Assembly (NCBI GenBank): GCA_012295275.1 | Contig: CM022674.1 | Location: 248,001-312,000, forward strand | Source of the DNA: Chrysomallon squamiferum | Taxonomy: Eukaryota; Animalia; Mollusca | Length of the DNA: 64,000 nt | Direction: 5' to 3' | Shown: piece by piece, positions 1-10,815 of the stretch | How the letters are laid out: each line of letters starts with the position of its first letter | Position numbering within the stretch: position 1 is the stretch's first letter | Notes under the pieces: model-generated | The model's database searches: none | What the model was told of the DNA's origin: nothing | The model's input: only the letters and a program-made list of their open reading frames with translations | Position numbers and translations under genes: made by a program

Positions 1-254
1 AATCAATCTGGTGTTTAATGACTGTGCTCCTGCTTTACATATCAAATAAATTCAGGCTTTCACTAAAATTGTCAAAATTATGTAAATATAATGTACATGA
101 AGTTCAAAGATATTCCATATAATAAATATGTAATAAATATGTATATACAGATTCATGAACAACTCATCAATTTTAATTCATTCGTTTTTAATGCTGTAGA
201 GCACGGCATTCTGTCTTCGAAATATTTCATATTTTTTTATTTTATGATACACTC

Positions 255-256
<2 letters not shown>

Positions 257-304
<48 letters not shown>
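257..304. repeat. (GT)n microsatellite
   Basis: Perfect GT dinucleotide run, read directly. Confidence 0.95.
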
Positions 305-308
<4 letters not shown>

Positions 309-699
309 TATATTGCGTTTGAAACCCAAAGAGAACTGCGAAAAGGAAGATGCAGTGTCTGTTAACGTAAGTATGCATCGAATGTTGTTGAATGTTTAAA
401 TTACTAGAATTATGTACCAAATGGTTTGCGCTTGGAAAGTATTTGGCGATTACAATTCGCTGGCTTTTGCGACTGGAGAACAACAACGTTTACTGCGTCT
501 GTAGTAGAGTGTAGAAAATGGGGACGCCATCTTCAAAAGTTTTGTATAAACCTGGCGTACAATAAAATTATTTATTTTGGAGAAAACAAATCCAATTCAC
601 TATGCCTGTCTGTTTTAGCAGTGGGATAACAACACTGACCGCATTCACCATCAGTAGGTGACCACTGATCTAAAGGACACAAGTGCACTGAAAAATAAT

Positions 700-760
700 A
701 TGTCCGTACATCGCAGGTGGCCGATTATCTAAGGGGCCGCAAAAGACAGGTATCTCTGTA
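700..760. mobile_element. Possible terminal fragment of a Tc1/mariner-superfamily (pogo-like) MITE
   Basis: CAGGTGGCCG...GGCCGCAAAAGACAGGTATCTCTG followed by TA (759-760) resembles the ...GGCCGC-N-GACAGGT-NNNN-CTG|TA ends I recall from invertebrate pogo-type MITEs. No convincing partner TIR was found. Confidence 0.3.
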
Positions 761-848
761 TGTATATGATATCGAACTGAGGCCATTAAGAAATAGGTCA
801 TTGTTTTTTCTTTGCTTTAAAGAGTTTATCAGTCAACAGTTGTGATAC

Positions 849-1075
849 TAGTTGTCAGTGTTTCAGAAAACAGTCAAGTAATTGTAAGAATAATACTTGT
901 AAGACTTAGTTGTCAGTGTTTCAGAAAACAGTCAAGTAATTGTAAGAATAATACTTGTAAGACATAGTTGTCAGTGTTTCAGAAAACAGTCAAGTAATTG
1001 TAAGAATAATACTTGTAAGAATAATTGTAATACTTGTAAGACTTAGTTGTCAGTGTTTCTGAAAACAGTAATTTA
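849..1075. repeat. 58-bp minisatellite, ~4 copies
   Basis: Unit TAGTTGTCAGTGTTTCAGAAAACAGTCAAGTAATTGTAAGAATAATACTTGTAAGAC(T/A) starts at 849, 907, 965 and 1044. The third copy carries a 21-nt internal duplication. Confidence 0.9.
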
Positions 1076-1693
1076 AGGTAAGACATGACTCGTGTTTGTA
1101 ATTGTAAGAATAATTGTTGTAAGACGCAGTCTGAGTTGGGCGTGACTCGTCTGCAGTGAAATCACGTGACGTGTGGATCGGCAGAAAGAAGAAGAAAGGA
1201 TTAGCTGGCTCTCTCTCGCTGGTCGGAGCAGGTCAATGTGGTCCTGAGGTTTCATTAAGCTACCATTCTACTGTTATTTTAAAGATGAAATTTTGCACTT
1301 TCGGTGATATATTTTTGAAAGGGGGTTTGTTGCTTGAAAGTAATGTAGATATTTGACATAATTTTTTTTCCTCAAAGTTTTCCAGCATTTTCCTCTGGCA
1401 AAACTTTTATTGGACACAACGAGTGTTTCTGTATGATGAAATCTGTTTGCAGGAGGCGAGGTCCTAGAGTTAAATCACACGAGTGCAAAAAGTAGTATTG
1501 GGACGAGTTTGCGATTCACCTCTGTAGAAACAAAACGAGAAGTGGCGGCTTTCCGAAGTCAGTTCAACTGATACAGAAAAGACTTTGAGTACCTACTATT
1601 ATTATTACTACTGCTAGAGTTATGAATGGTACAATAAGGCTACTTACTAATATTACAAGTACGTCTTTCATATACTTTCCTCTTAACTTCGTG

Positions 1694-1714
1694 CTCTCTC
1701 TCTCTCTCTCTCTC

Positions 1715-1806
<92 letters not shown>
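1694..1806. repeat. (CT)n microsatellite
   Basis: Near-perfect CT run, read directly. Confidence 0.95.
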
Positions 1807-1809
<3 letters not shown>

Positions 1810-2290
1810 TGAATCCTAAATTCAGATACCTCGTGAGAAGTGGACGATATAAAACAACAACAAGAACTACACCCAGACACACATCCACGCACACAGTGTC
1901 TTTTTTGAAATGAGGGAAGAAACACTTAATCGCCAATAAACCTGTTTGGTGTCTGATGTCTTTTAAGTCAGTTATGTATTTCATCGAACGATATCGGTAG
2001 ACTTCAAGTGGTAACCGTAGACATAAATAAACTCATTCAGTGCATATCGTTTCTGTGGGAACAGAGATTGTTATTTTATATATCAAGAAACAGTGAATAT
2101 GTTGTGACATATTTATATAATGTAATATTAACATCCAGATAATTAGATGCAGTCATGACATTAATATTTCAAAAAGTGACAACAACGCACTGAGGTTTCT
2201 CCGTGTAATCATTGTTATTTATTTGTTTATTTGTTTATTTATTTATTTGTTTATTTGTTTATTTGTTTGTTTATTTATTTATTTGTTTGT

Positions 2291-2345
<55 letters not shown>

Positions 2346-2561
2346 GTTGACGGGAATAGATTGGGTTTTTAAAATATTTTATAATTAATTTTTATGATGT
2401 GTATATTTTTAGCGTTTACATATATATATATATATATAGGTGTGTTCGTGTGTACGTGTTTGCGGAGCCTCGGAATAACCGGTTACAGTGGTGGCATGTG
2501 TCGTTGGTGCTACTCTCATTTGCCGCCTTAAATATGTCTCATTCCAATAACTTTAAATGTC

Positions 2562-2870
2562 TTTAGGACGTAGTCTCAGTTGACCACGAGCCCCAACTAC
2601 AACATACATATTACTACTGCGACATAGTTTGTCTGGATATTAAAGGTTAACAAGAAATGAGATATATATTCGATTTGCACATTGGACTGCGCAGTTAGAT
2701 TATGTTTCAGATGTACGTGTGCTTTGTCATTCAAAAGAGAATGTAGTTGTACAGGTTAATGTCATAGCATGTCTGAAAGCTAAAGCTGGACTGCACTGAG
2801 TGTGTTGAATTATCACTATTTTAATGTCACTAATTTAGTGTTTTGTTAAAGCCATTGTTTAAACAACCCT
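2562..2870 (+). repeat. Diverged direct repeat, copy A (partner at ~7933-8128)
   Basis: Shares ordered anchors with copy B: ACTGCGCAGTT (2686 vs 8015) and GTGTTTTGTTAAAG (2838 vs 8098), plus weaker AGGACGT, GACAT-GTTTG and GTTAAC blocks. Confidence 0.55.
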
Positions 2871-3310
2871 AAATCAAACACAAACTAAAATTCATATTGT
2901 AAGGGATTTTTCATTCATTGTCTTCCATTTTTAGATTCGCTAGGCGTCCTTTTGGTCTGAAATATTTGTTCTCATTTAGCTTTGGACTGACGATAAACTC
3001 TTCATAACTGAAATTCTTCACGGCTACTTTTGTCCGTTATTTCCAGTCCAGCTTTGTATGTATATATGTTTGTAAGTGCGTGCGTGTGCGTGCGTATTTG
3101 TGTCTGTTTAAATAATTTGTGTACGTCTGTATGTTATTGCTTATTTGCGTCTTTCATATTACTTTTTTTAGTGTATCTAGTTTTTCTATATGCTGAAACT
3201 TTAACGAATACATTGTCTTTAACAATGTTTTCATATATCTTTTTTTTTTCTAGACTCGATGTCTTTGCATTGGGCTATTCAAATTCATGCTTATGATATA
3301 TTTGTCCTTA

Positions 3311-3354
<44 letters not shown>

Positions 3355-3436
3355 TGCTTCTTTTTATGATTTATTAACGACGGGAAAACATGACTGTGTG
3401 TGTGTTTGTGTGTGTGAGTGTTCGTTTGTGTGATTT

Positions 3437-3476
<40 letters not shown>

Positions 3477-3937
3477 GTAAGCAGTCCAAAAGATGATAAA
3501 TATTCTGTTTTTGTTTTGTTGACCTTCTTCATCTACAAAATTCAGTTCGTATAGCATTAACAAATTTGCAGGTCCTTATTCGACAAGGTAGAAGTAGTAG
3601 TCGTATTAGCAGTGGTGGTGGTAGGTGTAGTAGTAGTAGTAGTTGTGGTAGCTACAGTAATACAAGTAGTTGTTGTTGTGATGATATTAACAGAAGTCCT
3701 AAAGAAAACGTGACACTAAGTGACCAATAGAAGTGTGACTTTCAGAAAGTAGCTGGCTAATCGGGTAATTGTACTCTGCGTTTGACTTAGAGAGTTTGAT
3801 AAAACGAGAAAATGTAGTTTTAGCTGAAAGACGATAAGAGATCTAAACAGAGACGATAATACTTTAATTAATGATCCTGTTTTTGATGAACATGCTAATA
3901 TTCAAATTAATACAATAAATAAATAAATAAATAAATA

Positions 3938-3997
<60 letters not shown>

Positions 3998-4065
3998 AAA
4001 GAAAAGAAAAGAAAAGAAAAAAGAAATAAAATAAAATTAAAACGTCCTCAAAACATAATTAAAGA

Positions 4066-4071
4066 TTTAAT
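4066..4071 (-). terminator. Candidate polyadenylation signal (ATTAAA) for the P450 gene
   Basis: ATTAAA on the minus strand ~210 nt after the stop codon, followed on that strand by a long T-rich tract. No AATAAA was seen nearer the stop. Confidence 0.35.
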
Positions 4072-4282
4072 GGCATTATTCTCATTATTGTCCCAAATGA
4101 GCTGTACTTGTATTTAAAACTAGCCCCGAAAGTCATAAATAGCGAAATTTAAGATTAAGTTTCTAGTTTCTAAATTTATGTGTGTGTATCTGTGTGTTTG
4201 TGTGTCTTTACAAACAAAAACTGAGAGTCATTTATGCATAAAGAATTAAGTATAGTATTCTATATACAATCAGTAAAAAAAT

Positions 4283-5767
4283 CTATTTTCTCAAAACTGC
4301 TCTGACTTTAAACGGCTTCGGCGACTGCGTGAAACCAAGAATCGGCTCCATAGACGGCAGAGGACTCCCTTCTGGTTTGATGAATTCAAATTTCTGAATC
4401 ATATTCGAGACGAACAAAAACAATTCCATCCTCGCCAGGGGTTCGCCAATACAATTTCTTGGACCAAACATGAACGGGATGAGTTCTTCTCTGTTGACCA
4501 GGTGTCCATTTTCATCGAGAAAACGTTCCGGTCTGAAATTTTCCGGATCGCCCCAGATTTCTGGATCTGAGAGAACGGAATCGATGACCGGATACACAAC
4601 TGCATTGTGGGGAATTCTGTAACCATTCCAGTAAATGTCATTCTGAACACCACGGTAAAGACTTAAAGGCACAAGATCGCCAAGTCGTAAGGTTTCCAAA
4701 ATAGTTGCTTCGATGTAGGTCAATTCTGTTTTGTCTTGGAGTGTTATCAATCGATCGCATCCAATCTTCTTCTGAATTTCAGAAAAACATTTCTTCTGTA
4801 TTTCAGGATGATGCTGAAAAAACACGAGCAGCCATCGAAGTGTCGTCGCCGTTGTTTCCGTCCCTGCAGCGAAAAGATTCCAAATTGAAAGTCGCAGGTT
4901 TTCTCTGTCAATGCCGGTGTTTATCTCCCCTCGTTTTGCCTTCGCTTTCATTTCTTTTATGTAAGCACTGATGAAATCTGTAATGTTGTTCTCGTCATAC
5001 TGGGCCAGGTGTTTTTCTAGTGACTTATCCGCTAAATCTTGTATCAATAAATCAATGTCTTTTTTTCGACGAAGCAATCCAAACAGATCCCCAGGAAGAT
5101 AATGGAGAAATGGAAACAGAGAAAGAGCAATGGGTAGTGAAGCCGTTTGTTCCATTACTTTAATAAACTGAACAAATTCCGGATCATCAAACTCAAATCG
5201 TCTGCCAAAAACAATGGAACTAATAACGTTAGAAACAGAAGTGCAGATAAGTTGACGAAAATTTGTTGCCTCACCTTTTGTTTTTCTTAACTGTTCAAGA
5301 AAAGCGCTGATTTCTTCTTGAATTTTTCCTTCCAGAATATTTTTTCCCATTCCCAGGTTTTTCAAGGTCGTGAGTGCAAAATGCCTCTGTTCTCTCCAAA
5401 CGTCACCGCTAGAACCTATGATTCCTTTACCATTAGAAAGCAGCTTGACAGTCAAAATGTTTGGCCTGTTTGAGAAAAGATCACCTTTTTTCACGAAAAC
5501 GTCTTTCATATTTTTAAACCCATTGACAGCAATGACCAGCTGAGTTCCGATGTAAACGCTGAAAATGTCGCCGTATTTCTTCCTCAGTTTTCTAAAAGAC
5601 TTCACGGGGTTCGTGCCCACTTGAAGAAGGTTTCCAAGGACAGGCAGGGTAAACCACGGTCCCGGGGGTAGATCTTTTGGTCGGGTAAGAAACAAACGGG
5701 TCGTGAACGTTACTACTAGAAACACAAGAACTACTGACAAATTATCTAGTAAAATTTCAAATATCAT
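4283..5767 (-). CDS. Cytochrome P450, clan 2 (CYP2-like), microsomal, intronless, 494 aa
   Basis: Uninterrupted ORF with N-terminal membrane anchor, proline hinge PPGPW..PVLGNL, C-helix WREQR, I-helix AAGTETT, K-helix ETLR, FRPERF and heme motif PFMFGPRNCIG. Overall pattern matches CYP2-type enzymes. An exact family number cannot be assigned without a search. Confidence 0.97.
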   Translation of the reverse strand: MIFEILLDNLSVVLVFLVVTFTTRLFLTRPKDLPPGPWFTLPVLGNLLQVGTNPVKSFRKLRKKYGDIFSVYIGTQLVIAVNGFKNMKDVFVKKGDLFSNRPNILTVKLLSNGKGIIGSSGDVWREQRHFALTTLKNLGMGKNILEGKIQEEISAFLEQLRKTKGEATNFRQLICTSVSNVISSIVFGRRFEFDDPEFVQFIKVMEQTASLPIALSLFPFLHYLPGDLFGLLRRKKDIDLLIQDLADKSLEKHLAQYDENNITDFISAYIKEMKAKAKRGEINTGIDRENLRLSIWNLFAAGTETTATTLRWLLVFFQHHPEIQKKCFSEIQKKIGCDRLITLQDKTELTYIEATILETLRLGDLVPLSLYRGVQNDIYWNGYRIPHNAVVYPVIDSVLSDPEIWGDPENFRPERFLDENGHLVNREELIPFMFGPRNCIGEPLARMELFLFVSNMIQKFEFIKPEGSPLPSMEPILGFTQSPKPFKVRAVLRK

Positions 5768-5849
5768 TTTCTTTTCTTCTCAAATATATATTTGTGTAGC
5801 AATAATTAAAATTCCCTCTGTTTTCCTTCCTTACTTTGTCTTCCGTTCC

Positions 5850-6010
5850 GTACTGTGTTGTCTAAAGTAGGCATGTTTATATAGTCGCTAGAATCAGCTG
5901 GCTACGTAAACATACTCAACCTTCGTGACCTACTCGCTGTAAACATTCAGTCTTTGCACTGGGACTGTCAACGTTGTAACAGGATAACAAAATATATTCG
6001 TAAACAATAC
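5850..6010 (-). promoter_or_regulatory. Core and proximal promoter of the P450 gene
   Basis: TATATAAA at 5883-5876 and an Inr-like CAGT with its A at 5854, 29 nt apart. AGGTCA half-site at 5931-5926. Three GTAAACA forkhead motifs at 5906, 5939 and 6000. Confidence 0.65.
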
Positions 6011-7932
6011 ATTTATATGAATGACTAAACACGCACACAGTATATTATACTGGTATCTAAGTACACAAATAATAACAAGCATCATCTATTAAATACATTA
6101 ATAATTCATACATATGATCCAAAAAAAAAAAAAAAAAAAAAAGACAAAAGAACAATATCAAACAAACATTATATGCATTGCATATTGTAATTAGCAATTA
6201 TCAAATAAAATACAAAAAAAAAATAATACATACATATATATATATATATATAACGTAAAATAAAATAAAAATAGGAAAATTGTAACATAAGTATACAGCA
6301 AATATTTCGTTTTATTTCTGTATTAAATGATAAAAAAGAAAGAAATAAAAGAAAAGAACAAAAAAATACTCAGTATGCTAATGATTAAAAAATAACGTGC
6401 TAGGATAAAGCTAATATTTGATTGTTTTAGCTACTACGTCTGCTGTTTACGGTTCTGTACTACTGTGTACTACTACTATACCAACGACTGCTATTATTAC
6501 TACTGCACTTCTACTACTAAAGTTAACACTAATATTATTCCTACTATTTCTACTACTGTTTATACTACAATAGTGCCTTTACTGCTGCTACAGATACGAA
6601 TAGTATCACTACTAAGTTATAATATATGCTTCATGTGAAATGATTGTTTTTCTCATTCTCTTTTGGTTTTATTTTATTCATCTACTCTCTGAAATTAGAT
6701 AGTAGGAACTTTGGAGTACGTACTACTACTGCCACTACTACTACTGCCACTACTACTACTGCCACTACTACTACTTACTACTTGTACAACAGCACTATTT
6801 AGACTACGCTACTACTGTTACTACTGCTATCATTACGAATATTACTACTACTACACTGACTAATATTTTACAACTGTTTCATATTATAGAATCGCTTCTC
6901 TCATATTCTTCTTTTGTTCATCTGCTCTTAATACCTTTATTGAACCCTGAATAAACAGAAATCATATACTACTTGTGCTGCTCACAGAATTGTGCTACTG
7001 CTCTACGGGGACAGGATCCTCAGACAATGGCCTGCTGACAGCTTATAAACAGACTTCTGAGAATAAATCTTTCTTGATGATGTTCTGCATAGATTTCTAC
7101 GCATCCTCGATTTCGAAAATTTAAGTTTTATTAAACACAAGCATCTTCAGTATTCTTATGAAAAAAGTTTAAAATTTGCCTTACAAAGTCATCTAACTAG
7201 GCTTAGCAGGTGAGCTACTTTTTAAAAACACATATGTTTTCAACAGTTCATTTATTTAACTTTATTTCTGCCAAATGTCATGGAAATCTAATGTTGTGAA
7301 CATGGTGTGTTCGGTTGAGAACCATGTTGACCGCAGTTCTTTGTTATGGCAATGGACGTTGCTGTTTGAGGGAAAGAGGTCACGTCAATCAAAAGCAGCC
7401 CTCTGATTGGTCGAGAGCGTGTGTTTAACTTATTATAAACTACATGAAGTCTTTTGTTTATATTCTAATTCTGTTCTCAGCAATTTTTCAGTTTTTGTTA
7501 TGACTCCTTTGGCTTCAACTAAATGAAAAATAGTACACTTCTTTTTTATACTTTATTAAGGAGATATAGGCATTTGTGTCAGTTTATTTAACTCTTGATC
7601 ACAGTGTGTGGCAATGGACATAATAAAACAACAGGAAAAAAATTGGTACATTTTGCAGCATCTGAAATTGCTATAACTCCTTCAGTTTTCAAGATATTTC
7701 AAAAAAATGTTGTATCTCCTTTTGTTTGTTTCTGAAGGGTGTATCCAGTGAAACAGGCTGTCGTAGAGTTGAACGTACCGAACTTGAACAGACGAAACAG
7801 ACACCATCTTGTGTCTGTGTCCTGTCATGTAATATTGTCGCCAACCTTCTTCAGCCAGAATTAAAAGAACTCAAGTATCCCACAACGTTAAACATGCCGA
7901 GATTTTAGATCACCTGATCAGCTGACCTAGAT

Positions 7933-8128
7933 ACAGGACGTTAGCATGTTACATTTAAGACATTGTTTGGAGATTCACGTTTTTATGTTAACTCGTGATC
8001 TATTTTCATATCCAACTGCGCAGTTTGGTATTATTCACATCACGATGACACGGTAGTGAAGTGCTGAATCACGCTGTTTGAGAATGACTTCAGTTTTGTG
8101 TTTTGTTAAAGTCAGTGTTAAAATACAA
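7933..8128 (+). repeat. Diverged direct repeat, copy B (partner at ~2562-2870)
   Basis: Same anchors as copy A in the same order. About 70 nt present between the anchors in copy A are missing here. Confidence 0.55.
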
Positions 8129-8241
8129 GTTGCCTCGCACCAAGGCATGAAAGGAATAGCTAAAGTCATTTAGTTTTCACAAGCTCGTAACTATACTGTG
8201 TCCAAAAACCTTATAAAAATTACGTTTATTTACATAATAAT

Positions 8242-8295
<54 letters not shown>

Positions 8296-8642
8296 TGAAC
8301 AGCTTTGTACAACTGAGAGTCGCTAAACAAAAATCCTGCTCTTTTCAGGCGTTTTGGGGTTTTGTTTTTCATTGTTTCGTGTTTTAAAATTTTATTACTT
8401 TTTTTTAACTGTTGTTTTGTTTTTTGTTTTTTAATTTTTTTTTATACTCAACTCGCGTGACATAATACAGACCTCGATTTAAGTATCACGTGATTATGCA
8501 AATGTAGCGCACGATGTTACCACGTGTAGCAAGTGGTTCTTTTGATGCAGAATATTTTTCTTTAAAATATGAGTTTTCAGTTTTATTATAGCTGTTTAGT
8601 AAATCAATGCTATATAAATATGTATATCTCTATCTTTATATA

Positions 8643-8677
<35 letters not shown>

Positions 8678-9216
8678 CAGAAAAAAAAGTCACTCGTAGA
8701 TTCAGAATTATTCATGAACACGCCTACAGATCTCTCTACATTAGTTTTGTACAATCCTCATAAATTTTTAATTCTAATATTGAGATTATGCAAATACAGC
8801 TCACGATATTATCACGTATAGTCGTGTTGTTCTTTTACATATATATATGAGCGTGCATACATCTGTGAAATGTTGAAGAGTACTCATGTATGTATGTATC
8901 AGTGTGTGTCGCTGTGTAGATGTGTATTATGATGCAGTTATGGGATCTGTTTAAAGCAGCTGTACATTTTTCTGTTTTAGCAGAGTGAATACCATTAACA
9001 GCGAGTGCTATAATAAACGTCAGGTTTACGCATATTTATTACATATTAATAATTTATACGACGATAAAAACAGAAAAAATATGTATGTATGTATGTTTGT
9101 CTGTATGCGCGCACACATAATTCTACCTATATATCAGTGAAACAATGACAGGCTACTGACATGTTTTACAACTGCTTTTACTGAGAGAATACCATCTTCT
9201 GTGTGTGTATCTGTGT

Positions 9217-10227
9217 ATACCTACCTACACACGTACCTACCTACCTACCTACCTATACATACCTACACACATACCTACCTACCTACCTACCTACCTACAC
9301 ACGTACCTACCTATCTACCTACCTACCTACCTACCTATACATACCTACACACATAACCTACCTACACACCTACACGTACCTACCTACCTATACATACCTA
9401 CACACATACCTACCTACCTACCTACATATACCTACCTACCTACCTTCCTACCTACCTATACATATACCCTACACACATACCTACCTACATATACATACCT
9501 ACACACATACCTACCTACCTACATATACATACCGTCACACATACCTACCTACCTACCTACATATACATACCTACACACATACCTACCTAACTACCTACAT
9601 ATATATACCTACACACATACATACCTACCTACCTACATATACATACCTACACACATACATACGAACATATCTACATATATACCTACCTACCTACCTACAC
9701 ATACATACATACGTACGTACATACCTATATATATATACCTACCTACCTACATATACATACATACATACGTACGTACATACCTACATATATACCTACCTAC
9801 ACACACACACACATACATACATACATACATACATACATACATACACACACATACATACATATATACATACATTCATACACACACACACATACATACACAC
9901 ACATACATATATACACACACATACATACATACATAAATACACACACATACATACATACATACATACATACACACACATACATACATACATACATACACAT
10001 ACATACATACACACACATACATACATACATACATATACATAATACATACATACATACATACATTCATACACACACACATACATACATACATACACACACA
10101 CATATATACACACACACATACATACATACATAAATACACACACACACATACATACATACATACATACATTCATACACACACATACATACATACATACATA
10201 CACATACATACACACACATACATACAT

Positions 10228-10258
<31 letters not shown>

Positions 10259-10400
10259 TACATACATACATATATACATACATACATACACATACATACA
10301 CACACACACATACATACATACATACATACATATATACATACACATACAGACACATACATACATACATACATACATACATACATACATACATACATCCATA
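9217..10400. repeat. Compound (ACCT)n / (ACAT)n / (AC)n simple-repeat tract, ~1.2 kb
   Basis: Plus strand nearly lacks G. ACCT units dominate to ~9800 and ACAT/AC units after that. This tract explains all ORFs listed at 9203-10465. Confidence 0.95.
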
Positions 10401-10620
10401 GATACACACACAGAGATACCAGTAAAACATGGAAAAGACAGGGAGACAACTCGTGGTTTTGCCACTACTTATACTGAAAGATTACGGTTCTCTAGGCCAC
10501 TGACAACGAATGAAATGATAAACGTAAGGTGCTGCAGTATGTACAAACATACTAATTATATGTGAAGTTTATTTTATTACATAACTTTGACAACATCACT
10601 GAAGCTGTGAATTTTTTCAA

Positions 10621-10815
10621 ATGATTTTAGAAATTCTTCTAGAAAATTGTTCAGTGGTGCTAGTAGTTATGACAATGATGCTGGGAACTAGATTATTTTT
10701 TATGCGATCAAGAGATCTACTACCCCCGGGACCGTGGTTGACCCTGCCTGTCCTTGGAAACCTTCTTCAAGTGGGCACGAACCCCGTGAAGTCTTTTAGA
10801 CAACTGAGGAAGAAA
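10621..10815 (+). pseudogene. Truncated 5' fragment (65 codons) of a paralogous clan-2 P450, inverted relative to the intact gene
   Basis: MILEILLENCSVVLVV...PPGPWLTLPVLGNLLQVGTNPVKSFRQLRKK aligns with residues 1-64 of the intact protein. Homology ends abruptly after 10815 and the frame stops at 10854. No remaining P450 sequence was found downstream in the window. Confidence 0.88.

Noticed and set aside
3915-4035. A-rich tract as the poly(A) remnant of a P450 retrocopy
   Set aside because: It is A-rich on the plus strand and therefore T-rich on the gene's sense strand, which is the wrong polarity. It is an (AAAT)/(AAAG) microsatellite.
4399-4971. Alternative-frame and antisense ORFs inside the P450
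   Set aside because: Short shadow ORFs expected within a real coding region, with no motifs.
7001-7768. Possible DNA transposon bounded by CTCTACG...CGTAGAG
   Set aside because: The inverted match is only 7 nt plus a gapped ACAG, with no target duplication. The interior looks repeat-like but cannot be supported without a library search.
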